The position numbers and the translations under genes are program-made. From NCBI GenBank assembly GCA_964639075.1, contig CAZXCB010000001.1:9602-73601 (forward strand): a stretch of 64,000 nt of DNA, read 5' to 3'. Below, piece after piece: positions 18,137-26,781 of the stretch; position 1 is the stretch's first letter; every line of letters begins with the position of its first letter. The stretch comes from an uncultured Bifidobacteriaceae bacterium. Lineage in GTDB: Bacteria; Actinomycetota; Acidimicrobiia; IMCC26256; JAENVU01. Under the pieces are notes generated by a model. That model had not been told where the DNA came from. It made no database searches and saw only the letters and a list, made by a program, of their open reading frames with translations.

Positions 18137-19927
18137 TCAGCGGGAGGTGCCGGCCACCGAACGCAACGGTGCGCGGCCGCGACGCACGAGGCGGCCCGGC
18201 CGTTCGCCGGTGTCGGCATCGTGGTCGCGCGTCGGGACGCCGGCGACCACGGTGGCGACGTACCCGGAGACGGGCTGCAGGTAGCGCTGCCCGCCGGCCG
18301 GGAGATCGGCGTGCATCACCGGCCGCCGCACGGTCAGGCCGTCGAGGTCGATGACGTTGAGATCCGCGCGGCGACCGACGTCGATGATGCCGCGGTCGAA
18401 GAACCCGTAGAGCGCGGCGGCGCGACTCGTCTGCTGCTCGACCATGTGCTCGAGTGGGATCGTCTCGCCGCGGGTGCGATCGCGGGTCCAGTGCGTGAGC
18501 TGGGTGGTCGGGCTCGAGCCGTCGCAGATGAGCTTCACGTGCGCGCCCGCGTCGGCGAGACCGACGACCGTGACGGGGTGCACGATCATCTCGCGCACCG
18601 CTTCGAGGTCGCCCTCCATGTAGCCCGCACCCGGGAGCGAGACGACGTTGGTGCCGTCGGCCTCGCCCAGGAAGTCGTAGACGGCCTCGATCGCCGGCAC
18701 GCCCCGCGCTGCGGCCACGAACCCGAATGCCCGCTCGAGCGGTGGCTCGTAGTCGACGACGTCGTCGAGCGGGAACAGGAAGGCGGCCGCGTCCTGCATC
18801 ACCGCCGCGAACATCTCCATCGACCCGGCCTCCTCGGGAGTCAGGTCGGTCTCGGCGAGGATGCGCGCCTTCACCTCGGGGTCGCGCATCCGCGCGGCAC
18901 GGTCCGCGAGCGGGAGCGCCGCGATCTCCCGGTAGGAGGGGCGGCGCATGAACGGGTGGTACCCGGCAAGGCTGCCGAGAATGCCCACCGGGCGCGAAGC
19001 CACCTGCGGGGACAGCTGCGCGCCCGCGGCGTTCGCGGCGACCGCGAAGTCGAGCACCGCGCGCCACGCCTGCGCGTCGTCCACGTGCTGGACGGTGGTG
19101 AACGTGACCCGCTGGCCGGTCGCCCGAGAGATCGCGGCGAGCAGGCGCAGCTCCTCGTCCTGGCTGAAGCGCTCCCCGCCGAGCATCGCCATCGTGCCGA
19201 TCGAGCTCGACGTGATCGCCTCGAAGACGCCTCCCCCGCCGGCGGCCATCCCCGCCACCAGCTCGGTGAGCTCGATGTCGCTCGCGTAGGTCCCCGGGAC
19301 CGCCTCCCCGCTGATGGAACGGTGGAAGATCGTGCGCGAGGTCGAGAATCCCACCGCACCGGCCGCGGTCGCCTCGGCCACCAGCGCGCGCATCGTGGCG
19401 ATGTCGTCCGCGGTCGCGTCCTCGTTGTGGACCCCGCGCTCGCGCATCACCTCGAACCGCAGCGAGCCGTGCGCGACCTGCGCGGCGACGTCGAGCGCGT
19501 AGTGCCGCGAATCCAGGAAGTCGAGGTACTCGGGGAACGTCCGCCACGCGCCCCAGGGCACCCCCTCGGACAACGCGGTCCCCGGGATGTCCTCGACGCC
19601 CTCCATGAGCTCGATCAAGGTCGCCTGCTCGCCCGGCGGGCACGGCGCGAAACCGACGCCGCAGTTGCCCATCACGAGCGTGGTCACCCCGTTGGCGAAG
19701 GACGGGTCGAGCGCGTCGTCCCACGTGACCTGACCGTCGTAGTGCGTGTGGACGTCGACCCAACCGGGAGTGACGATCGCGCCGGCGGCGTCGATGATGC
19801 GTCTCGCGTCGAGCCGCCCGCCGACGGCCGTGATGCGATCGCCGTCGATCCCGATGTCGCCGGTGAAGCGGGCGGCGCCGGTGCCGTCGACGATCGAGCC
19901 GCCGCGGATCACGAGATCGTGCGTCAT
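18137..19927 (-). CDS. N-acyl-D-amino-acid deacylase (D-aminoacylase) family amidohydrolase
   Basis: ORF 18137..19927. GWVDVHTHYD metal motif, MGNCGVGFAP, and the C-terminal ADLNVIDLD...DLPAGGQR pattern. Confidence 0.85.
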   Translation of the reverse strand: MTHDLVIRGGSIVDGTGAARFTGDIGIDGDRITAVGGRLDARRIIDAAGAIVTPGWVDVHTHYDGQVTWDDALDPSFANGVTTLVMGNCGVGFAPCPPGEQATLIELMEGVEDIPGTALSEGVPWGAWRTFPEYLDFLDSRHYALDVAAQVAHGSLRFEVMRERGVHNEDATADDIATMRALVAEATAAGAVGFSTSRTIFHRSISGEAVPGTYASDIELTELVAGMAAGGGGVFEAITSSSIGTMAMLGGERFSQDEELRLLAAISRATGQRVTFTTVQHVDDAQAWRAVLDFAVAANAAGAQLSPQVASRPVGILGSLAGYHPFMRRPSYREIAALPLADRAARMRDPEVKARILAETDLTPEEAGSMEMFAAVMQDAAAFLFPLDDVVDYEPPLERAFGFVAAARGVPAIEAVYDFLGEADGTNVVSLPGAGYMEGDLEAVREMIVHPVTVVGLADAGAHVKLICDGSSPTTQLTHWTRDRTRGETIPLEHMVEQQTSRAAALYGFFDRGIIDVGRRADLNVIDLDGLTVRRPVMHADLPAGGQRYLQPVSGYVATVVAGVPTRDHDADTGERPGRLVRRGRAPLRSVAGTSR

Positions 19928-19971
19928 GAGTCCCCCCAGCCGGGCTTCCGAGCCGGCAGCTCATCATGGCG

Positions 19972-19997
19972 CGGACGCCGCGAGCCCGCGGCGTCCG
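19972..19997. promoter_or_regulatory. GC-rich inverted repeat (11-bp arms, 4-nt spacer) in a divergent intergenic region
   Basis: CGGACGCCGCG-AGCC-CGCGGCGTCCG read directly. Lies between the aminoacylase start (19927) and the ArsR start (20058). Confidence 0.5.
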
Positions 19998-20057
19998 ATA
20001 CGAGTACGCCAACTACCTGACGATATTGTCATCTTGTTCACTGATGAAGGAGTTCAG

Positions 20058-20417
20058 GTGCCCGACCGCGAGCTGGGTCTCGCCCAGCCGATCTCGGAGA
20101 TCAAGGCCGAGCTGTTCCGTGCCCTCGCGCACCCGGCCCGGATCCGGGCCCTGGAGGTGCTCGCCGAGGGGGAGCACTCGGTCGGCGAGCTCCAGCCGCT
20201 CGTCGGCATCGAGTCCTCCCACCTGTCCCAGCAGCTCGGGGTGCTCCGGCGCGCCGGGCTCGTCACGACCCGGAAAGCCGGGTCGTCGGTCATCTACGCG
20301 ATCCGCGACCGCGAGCTGGTGAAGCTGCTCGCCGCCGCGAAGCGGCTGCTCGTCAACTCGCTCCGCGAGTCCAACGAGCTGCTCGCCGGTCTCGGCGTCG
20401 AGCCGACGTCGAGGTGA
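20058..20417 (+). CDS. ArsR/SmtB-family transcriptional regulator
   Basis: In frame within ORF 19746..20417. GTG at 20058 is preceded by GAAGGAG. Winged-HTH sequence LFRALAHPARIRALEVLAEGEHSVGEL...LSQQLGVLRRAGLV. Confidence 0.85.
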   Translation: MPDRELGLAQPISEIKAELFRALAHPARIRALEVLAEGEHSVGELQPLVGIESSHLSQQLGVLRRAGLVTTRKAGSSVIYAIRDRELVKLLAAAKRLLVNSLRESNELLAGLGVEPTSR

Positions 20418-22081
20418 GCCGCCTCGGCACGCTCGGCCGGCTGCTCCCGCGCCGGTCCGACTACACGGGCGTGCGCCGATCCTGGAAGCACGACGTCGTC
20501 GCCGGGGTGACCGTCGGGATCGTCGCACTCCCGCTCGCCCTCGCGTTCGGCGTCACCACCGGCATGGGTGCCGCGGCGGGGCTGATGACCGCGATCGTCG
20601 CCGGCACGGTTGCCGCGGTCTTCGGCGGATCGAACGTCCAGGTCTCGGGACCGACGGGGGCGATGACGGTCGTGCTCGTCCCGATCGTCGCCCGGTACGG
20701 GACACCGGCCGTCGCCGTCGTGGCGATGATGGCCGGCGTGCTCGTGATCGCGGCCGCGTTCCTCCGCGCCGGCCGCTACCTCGCGTACGTGCCCTGGCCG
20801 GTGATCGAGGGATTCACGGTCGGCATCGCGACGATCATCTTCCTCCAGCAGGTCCCGAACGCGCTCGGCGTGCCCAAGCCGGCCGGTGAGAACGCCGCCG
20901 CGGTCGCGGTGCGCGCGGTCGCGCGCTCCTTCGACTCGGGCACCCTCGCCGCCCTCGGCCTCGTCGCCGTCGTCGCCGTCCTCATGGTGCTGCTGCCGCG
21001 GCTGCACCGCACCCTCCCGGCGTCGCTCATCGCCGTGGCGGTCGCGACCGTCGTCGCCGAGGCGGCGTCGCTCGACGTCTCCCGCATCGGGACCCTGCCG
21101 TCGTCGCTCCCCCTCCCCGCCTTGCCGCCGGTGTCGCTCGACCAGGTGAGCCAGCTGTTCTCGGCGGCGCTGGCAGTGGCGCTGCTCGCCTCGCTCGAGT
21201 CCTTGCTCTCGGCCAAGGTCGCCGACGGCATGGCCGACACCGGGCGCCACGACCCCGACCGCGAGCTGTTCGGCCAGGGCCTCGCCAACCTCGCGTCGCC
21301 GCTGTTCGGGGGGATGCCCGCGACCGGCGCGATCGCCCGCACCGCGGTCAACGTCCGCGCGGGCGCCCGGACCCGCGTCTCGGCCCTCGTCCACGCGGCG
21401 GTCCTCGTCGCGGTCGTCTACCTGGGCAGCGGCCTCGTCGCGAAGATCCCGCTCGCCGCGCTCGCCGGGGTGCTGATGGTCACCGCGGTGCGGATGGTCG
21501 AGATGCACAACGTCCGAGCCGTCGTGCGCGCCACCCGCTCCGACGCGCTGGTGTTCGCGGCGACGGCGGTCGCGACGATCGCCTTCGATCTGATCGTCGC
21601 CGTCGAGCTCGGACTCGCGGTGGCCGCCGTCCTGGCGCTGCGGTCGCTCGTACAGACCAACACGATCGTCGCGGAGCCGGGCATCGTGGCGACCGACGAG
21701 ATCACGACCGACGCCGAAGCCGCCCTGATGGCCGAGCACATCGTCACGTATCGGATCGACGGAGCGCTCTTCTTCGGCGCGGCGCAGCGATTCCTCACCG
21801 AGCTGACGGCCGTCTCCGACGTCCGGGTCGTCATCCTGCGGCTCCCCCAGCTCCAGATGCTGGACGCGACCGGGGCGCAGGCACTGGGCGAGATCGTGTC
21901 CGAGCTCGAGAGCCGCCGCATCACCGTGCTGCTCAAGGGACCGCGACCGGAGCATCTCCGCGTGCTGCACACCGTGGGCGTCCTCGACCGCCTCGCCCAC
22001 GTGAACCACTGCTTCACCGACCTCGATGCTGCCCTCGCCCACGCACGGGTCCACCTGCGGCGCGACCAGATCGCGTGCTGA
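20414..22081 (+). CDS. SulP-family anion permease with C-terminal STAS domain
   Basis: ORF 20414..22081. GTG start overlaps the ArsR stop (GTGA). SulP TM core plus STAS (YRIDGALFFGAAQRF...VVILRLPQLQMLDATG). Confidence 0.9.
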   Translation: MSRLGTLGRLLPRRSDYTGVRRSWKHDVVAGVTVGIVALPLALAFGVTTGMGAAAGLMTAIVAGTVAAVFGGSNVQVSGPTGAMTVVLVPIVARYGTPAVAVVAMMAGVLVIAAAFLRAGRYLAYVPWPVIEGFTVGIATIIFLQQVPNALGVPKPAGENAAAVAVRAVARSFDSGTLAALGLVAVVAVLMVLLPRLHRTLPASLIAVAVATVVAEAASLDVSRIGTLPSSLPLPALPPVSLDQVSQLFSAALAVALLASLESLLSAKVADGMADTGRHDPDRELFGQGLANLASPLFGGMPATGAIARTAVNVRAGARTRVSALVHAAVLVAVVYLGSGLVAKIPLAALAGVLMVTAVRMVEMHNVRAVVRATRSDALVFAATAVATIAFDLIVAVELGLAVAAVLALRSLVQTNTIVAEPGIVATDEITTDAEAALMAEHIVTYRIDGALFFGAAQRFLTELTAVSDVRVVILRLPQLQMLDATGAQALGEIVSELESRRITVLLKGPRPEHLRVLHTVGVLDRLAHVNHCFTDLDAALAHARVHLRRDQIAC

Positions 22082-22197
22082 CCCGAGTGCTCGACGCGCC
22101 GACGCCGCAGGCATCCCGTGCCATCCTCGTCAGGGTGAGGTCAGGCTTCTAGCCTTCCGGTCGGGTGGAGTGCGGACCCTCGGAAAGGGGGAGGCAC

Positions 22198-22590
22198 ATG
22201 AAAGTCAGATCGGGCTGGTGGACCTTCGCCGGCGTCATGATCATGATCAGCGGTGTCATCAACGCGTTCGACGGCCTCGTCGCGATCACGCAGACCCGCT
22301 ACATCGAGCGCAACATCGGCGGCGAGCTGCCGATCACCAACAACGTCAAGAACTGGGGCTGGGCGGAGCTGATCATCGGCATCGTCATGATCCTCGCGGC
22401 GTACGGGATCTTCTCCGGCGCCAACTGGGCCCGCATCGTCGGAATCATCCTGGCGAGCGTGAACCTGATCTTCCAGTTCGCGTACCTCGGGCACTACCCG
22501 TTCTGGTCGTTCACGATGATCGTCATCGACCTGCTGATCATCTTCGGCCTCGCCGGCAACGCCGCGCTCGCCTACGAACAAGCCTGCGGC
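22198..22590 (+). CDS. Four-helix membrane protein (DUF7144/DUF308-like); 3' end undefined
   Basis: ATG at 22198 is preceded by AAGGGGGAGG. MKVRSGWWTFAGVMIMISGV... has 4 TM helices ending near 22590. The frame (ORF 22165..24216) has no stop until 24216 and becomes Arg/His-rich noise. The listed end marks the domain limit, not a stop codon. Confidence 0.5.
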
Positions 22591-22717
22591 GGGGTCGGCC
22601 GGGTCCGCAGCGACCCGGCCGACCTGTCCCAGGGGAGCTTCGCGGAGGTCATGGCGCTCGGGCCACGCGTCGTCCAGACTCTCCCCGAGACGTCACGTCG
22701 CCGGGGGGAGCCGCACC

Positions 22718-24112
22718 GTGAAGCGTCAGCTCATCGTCATCGTCGCGTGCACGACCATCGTCGCTGCCGCGTGCGGCCGGAGCGATTCCGAACGGGGTGG
22801 GGGCACCATGAGCTCGACCGCGGACGGCACACCGCCCACCGCGAAGTCCGCCGACTTCGGCACCGTGACCGACGTGTGCCAGAAGGGATCACCGTCGGGG
22901 TCGCCCACCACCGGCGTCACACCGACCGAGATCCGCGTCGCGACCTTCGCCGACGTGGGCTTCGTCGGCCGACCCGGGCTCGACCAGGAGTTCTTCGACA
23001 CCGCGGACGTGTTCTCGGAGTGGTGCAACGACCGCGGCGGCATCAACGGCCGCAAGATCGTCGTCGACAAGCGCGACGCGGCGTTGACCAACGTGAAGGC
23101 GCGCATGACCGAGTCGTGCACGGAGGACTTCGCCATGGTCGCCGGCGGTGCGGTGTTCGACCAGGACGGCGTCGACACGCGCCTGCAGTGCCTGCTCCCC
23201 GACGTGTCCGGCTACGTCGCCAGCAAGAAGGCCCGCGGTGCCGACCTCGTGGTGGGGCCGCTCCCGAACCCGCCGTCGAAGCTCCAGATGGGCATCCTCC
23301 GGTACCTCGGCGAGAAGTACCCGGCTGCCACCGACCACGTCGGCGTGTTGACCGGCGACATCGCGACCACCAAGGTCGTGGCCGACGACAACGCCGCGGC
23401 GGCGGAGTCGCTCGGCTGGAAGATCTCCTACAACGACGTCTACCCGGCCGCCGGCGTGACCGACTGGACCCCGTACGCGCAGAAGATCAAGGACAGCGGC
23501 ACCAAGGGGCTGATCTGGGTGGGCGAGGCGGAGAACCTGGCCGCGCTCCTCGGGGCACTGCGCGACATCGGCTACGAGCTCGACTTCATCCGCACGGATC
23601 CCAACCACTACGAGCAGAACCTCATCAAGACCGGCGGCGCGGCGCTGTCCGACAAGAACGTGTACGTGAGCAGCTCGTTCTACCCCTTCGAGCAGGCGAA
23701 GCCGACGAACGCGACCGGGGAGTACCTAAAGGCGTTCGCCGACTACAAGCCCGACGGCAAGAACCGCACGTACCTCGGGCTCCAGGCGTGGTCCGCGTGG
23801 CTGCTGTTCGCCAAGGCCGCCTCGAGCTGCGGGAACGACCTCACCCGCACCTGCTTCCACGACGCCGTGAGGAAGGTGACCAAGTGGACCGGCGGCGGAC
23901 TCCACGCGGAGACCTCGCCGGGCTCGAACAGCCCGACCCGGTGCTACGCGATCGAGCGCGCCACCCCGAAGGGCTTCGTGCTCGTGACCGACACACACCC
24001 CAACGCCGGCATCTACAACTGCAGCCCGAAGAACCTGTACGCGCTCACGGTGAACCCCGACGACGTCACCACCCTCGCCGACGTCGGCCAGAGCATCGAC
24101 AACCTCAAGTGA
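22718..24112 (+). CDS. ABC-transporter substrate-binding lipoprotein, LivK/branched-chain-amino-acid type
   Basis: ORF 22718..24112. GTG is preceded by GGGGGAG. Lipobox IVAAA/C. Periplasmic-binding-protein type I composition. No permease or ATPase genes are adjacent. Confidence 0.8.
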   Translation: MKRQLIVIVACTTIVAAACGRSDSERGGGTMSSTADGTPPTAKSADFGTVTDVCQKGSPSGSPTTGVTPTEIRVATFADVGFVGRPGLDQEFFDTADVFSEWCNDRGGINGRKIVVDKRDAALTNVKARMTESCTEDFAMVAGGAVFDQDGVDTRLQCLLPDVSGYVASKKARGADLVVGPLPNPPSKLQMGILRYLGEKYPAATDHVGVLTGDIATTKVVADDNAAAAESLGWKISYNDVYPAAGVTDWTPYAQKIKDSGTKGLIWVGEAENLAALLGALRDIGYELDFIRTDPNHYEQNLIKTGGAALSDKNVYVSSSFYPFEQAKPTNATGEYLKAFADYKPDGKNRTYLGLQAWSAWLLFAKAASSCGNDLTRTCFHDAVRKVTKWTGGGLHAETSPGSNSPTRCYAIERATPKGFVLVTDTHPNAGIYNCSPKNLYALTVNPDDVTTLADVGQSIDNLK

Positions 24113-25217
24113 GGGAGTCGATGCGCTCCAGGCAGCCGGCGGCCGAGCTCGACACGCCGTCCACCTCGGCGAGCGCCACGAACGGTGAGGTCATCGCCCG
24201 CATGAGCGCGCCGTAGTCGAGCCCGAACGACACCTCGGCGCCGACCGCGAGGTGTTCCGATCCGGTGTCCAGCACAACGTGGTCGCTGCTCGCGCCGAGG
24301 ACGCGCATGCCCGCCGGCGGCCCGAGACCGTCCGGGTCGACGTCCTGGCGGCCGAGCGCCAGCAACGCTTGCCGGACCGTGCCCGTGCCGGTCCGCGCCG
24401 AGGCCACACCGAACGCGGATCGCCCGACCGTGCCCCACGGGCGTGCCGGCTTGTCCTGGGACTCGATGACCTCGGCGACGAGCCTGAATGCGTCGGTGTG
24501 GAGCCCGCCGATGGCACCACGATGTACCGGGTCCCGACCGAGCAGGATGCTCTCGCCCAGACGCAGCTCGTTCACCCGCCCGACGTCGTCGGCTGCGAGA
24601 GCCCAGGCGAGGTTGGCCGAATTGCCTCCGGACACGGTCGCGAGCTCGACGCTCAGCTCGGATTCGATGGCGGTCGACAGCTCGCTGAGGACGCTCATGT
24701 TCGCCGCGTCGGGAACAACCCCGCTCTGACACGCGAGGTTCGTGCCGATACCGGCGAGCTCGAGCCCACGTCGGTCGCGCACCCAGCGCGCCAATGGCTC
24801 GACTGCGTCCGGCATGACACCTTCACGGAGATCCCCGAGCTCCACCATCAGGATCACCCGGTGCGCGCGCCCGAGGGCGAGCGCGGCCTCGGCGAGGTGC
24901 TCCAACACCACCCGTTCGCTGTTACAGCTCGCTGTCGCGAAGGCGACGACGCGCTCCGCCTGACTCACCATCGGGCTCCGCAGCAGGGTGACGGGCGCGG
25001 CACAGCCCGCGGCGCGCAGCGCCATGACGTTCTCGATTCGGGAATCGCCCAGCGCGCGCACGCCGCCATCGAGCATCGCCCGTGCGACGGCCGGCCGGCC
25101 GAGGCAGGCCTTGGTCACACCCGTGGCGGCGATGCCCTTCGGCGCGAGCCGGGTGACGAGCGCACGTGCGTTCTCGGCGACCCGGTCGAGCCGGACCTCG
25201 ACGCGCGGCGCCGTCAC
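24105..25217 (-). CDS. PLP-dependent alanine/ornithine-racemase-fold enzyme (alanine racemase N-terminal TIM barrel)
   Basis: ORF 24105..25217. Candidate PLP lysine in GVTKACLG. The VELGDLREG and GTNLAC patterns are typical of YhfX/ornithine-racemase-like proteins. Confidence 0.75.
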   Translation of the reverse strand: MTAPRVEVRLDRVAENARALVTRLAPKGIAATGVTKACLGRPAVARAMLDGGVRALGDSRIENVMALRAAGCAAPVTLLRSPMVSQAERVVAFATASCNSERVVLEHLAEAALALGRAHRVILMVELGDLREGVMPDAVEPLARWVRDRRGLELAGIGTNLACQSGVVPDAANMSVLSELSTAIESELSVELATVSGGNSANLAWALAADDVGRVNELRLGESILLGRDPVHRGAIGGLHTDAFRLVAEVIESQDKPARPWGTVGRSAFGVASARTGTGTVRQALLALGRQDVDPDGLGPPAGMRVLGASSDHVVLDTGSEHLAVGAEVSFGLDYGALMRAMTSPFVALAEVDGVSSSAAGCLERIDSLT

Positions 25218-25230
25218 CGGCCGGCCGCGG

Positions 25231-26364
25231 TCATGACGGCGTGAGGTCGGGGAACGCGCCCAGCACCATCTCGACCAAACGGTCCGGGGAGCTCGTCAGC
25301 GGATCACACACCGGAAGCCCGAGTCGCCGCGCGTGCGCCTCGATCTCGGGCTCGATCTCGGCGGGGGTCATGCCCTCGTGGTTCATGGTGAGGCCGACGA
25401 CGCGTGTCGGAGCGAACGTCTCGATGAGCGCGATCTCCGATTCGGGCGTCGGCATCGGCAGACTCGGGAAGTCGCTCAATGCCGCGCGCCGCGGCGCGTG
25501 TTGCAGCACCACCCCGGCGGGACGGCTCCCTCGCAGGATGTAGGCGGACGTCAGGTACGCGGGATGGCTCAACGCTCCCTGTCCCTCGACGACGATCACC
25601 GCCGGGTTCTCCGCCGCGGCCTCGACGACGGTGCGCTCGAGCTCGCCCGAGCAGAACTGGGGGGCGATCGCGTCCAGCGCGACGCCGTGCCGGGCACCCT
25701 GGATCAGGCTCGTCTGGCCGGTGCCGACCATCACGGACCGGACCCCGGCCGCGTTGAGCGCCTGCGTCATGAGGGTCGCGGGCGTCCGCTTGCCGATGGC
25801 GCCGTCGGTGCCGAGCACGGCGATCCGGGGGCACGTCACCGCGAAGATGTCCCCGGAGAAGATCCGCAGGTCCTCTTTCGCCCGCGGGCGGCGGACATCG
25901 AGCAGCACGACCCCGCTCGCCGCGCTCGCGGCGACGAACTCCGGGTCGTCGTTCAGGAACTCGTGCAGCCCGTTGACCACGCTCATACCGAGCGCGATTG
26001 CATCGAGCACGACCCGACGCTCCGCCGGTGACAGGCGGCCGCTGGCCGGGGCGACACCGAAGATGAAGTAGTCCGGCACGCGGCCGATCCCGGCAGCTAC
26101 CGCGGCCAGGCTCGCGTGGACGGGAACTCCGTTCGGCACGCCGTCGAGCACTTGGCCCGCGTCGCCGCCGGCACGGCGACTGTCGATCACACCGAGCACG
26201 TCGTACCGGTCGGAATGGCGAACCAGGCCGTTCGCGGTCTTGCCGTCGAGCTCGCCGAAGTTGCCCTCGCAGTACACGACTGCGGTGCTCCCCGTCGGCG
26301 CGGCAATCGGCGCCGGCTCGACGCGCGCGTCGACCAGGTCGGAGAACAGGGACATCGATCGCAT
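25231..26364 (-). CDS. DUF1611-domain protein (DgcN-like putative N-acetyltransferase family)
   Basis: C-terminal 377 codons of ORF 25231..26715. ATG at 26362-26364 is preceded by AGAGGAG. Sequence VVYCEGNFGELDGKTANGLVRHS...RIAVLGTDGAIGKRT. Lies 13 bp upstream of the racemase-like gene. Confidence 0.8.
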   Translation of the reverse strand: MRSMSLFSDLVDARVEPAPIAAPTGSTAVVYCEGNFGELDGKTANGLVRHSDRYDVLGVIDSRRAGGDAGQVLDGVPNGVPVHASLAAVAAGIGRVPDYFIFGVAPASGRLSPAERRVVLDAIALGMSVVNGLHEFLNDDPEFVAASAASGVVLLDVRRPRAKEDLRIFSGDIFAVTCPRIAVLGTDGAIGKRTPATLMTQALNAAGVRSVMVGTGQTSLIQGARHGVALDAIAPQFCSGELERTVVEAAAENPAVIVVEGQGALSHPAYLTSAYILRGSRPAGVVLQHAPRRAALSDFPSLPMPTPESEIALIETFAPTRVVGLTMNHEGMTPAEIEPEIEAHARRLGLPVCDPLTSSPDRLVEMVLGAFPDLTPS

Positions 26365-26370
26365 GACACT

Positions 26371-26388
26371 CCTCTGAAGGCTCAGAGG
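26371..26388 (-). promoter_or_regulatory. Hairpin (7-bp stem, 4-nt loop) overlapping the DUF1611 Shine-Dalgarno
   Basis: CCTCTGA-AGGC-TCAGAGG read directly. On the mRNA strand, UCAGAGG is part of the SD AGAGGAG located 4-5 nt before the ATG. Confidence 0.4.
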
Positions 26389-26781
26389 AGGCGACAAGGT
26401 CGACGGGGACATGAATCCCGAGCGGTGGCGAGGCGTCTTCCCTAAGAAGGGATGAACGGGGCCGACTCTACCAGCGATCCACGCCGTGACCGGTTCGCGA
26501 TCATTGCGACGCGTGGTCGGTCCGGTGCAGGTGACATCCGAGCCGAGCGAAGGGCAGCAGCGGTGAGTCCTTGGGCACCGACGCGCGTCCGGACCGGCAC
26601 CGGAACCGCGGCGAGCTCGCCAAGCCGATCCAGGGCGCGGCGCGATCGTCGTGGCAACATCGCGCATCTCGCGAAGTGGGCCAACCGACCTACGCGCGGG
26701 CGGAGAGCGATCCACCCTGACTCCTTCGGCGGCGGCGGGGTGCCGGTATCGTCCCGCCGGCGCCGACGGAGGGAAGCGGGC

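Noticed and set aside
22026-22721. ORF 22026..22721 as the true C-terminal frame of the 22198 membrane protein.
   Set aside because: Its tail is Arg/Pro/Gly-rich and not protein-like. The GTGA junction with the next gene is suggestive but insufficient, so it is left as an open question in the finding.
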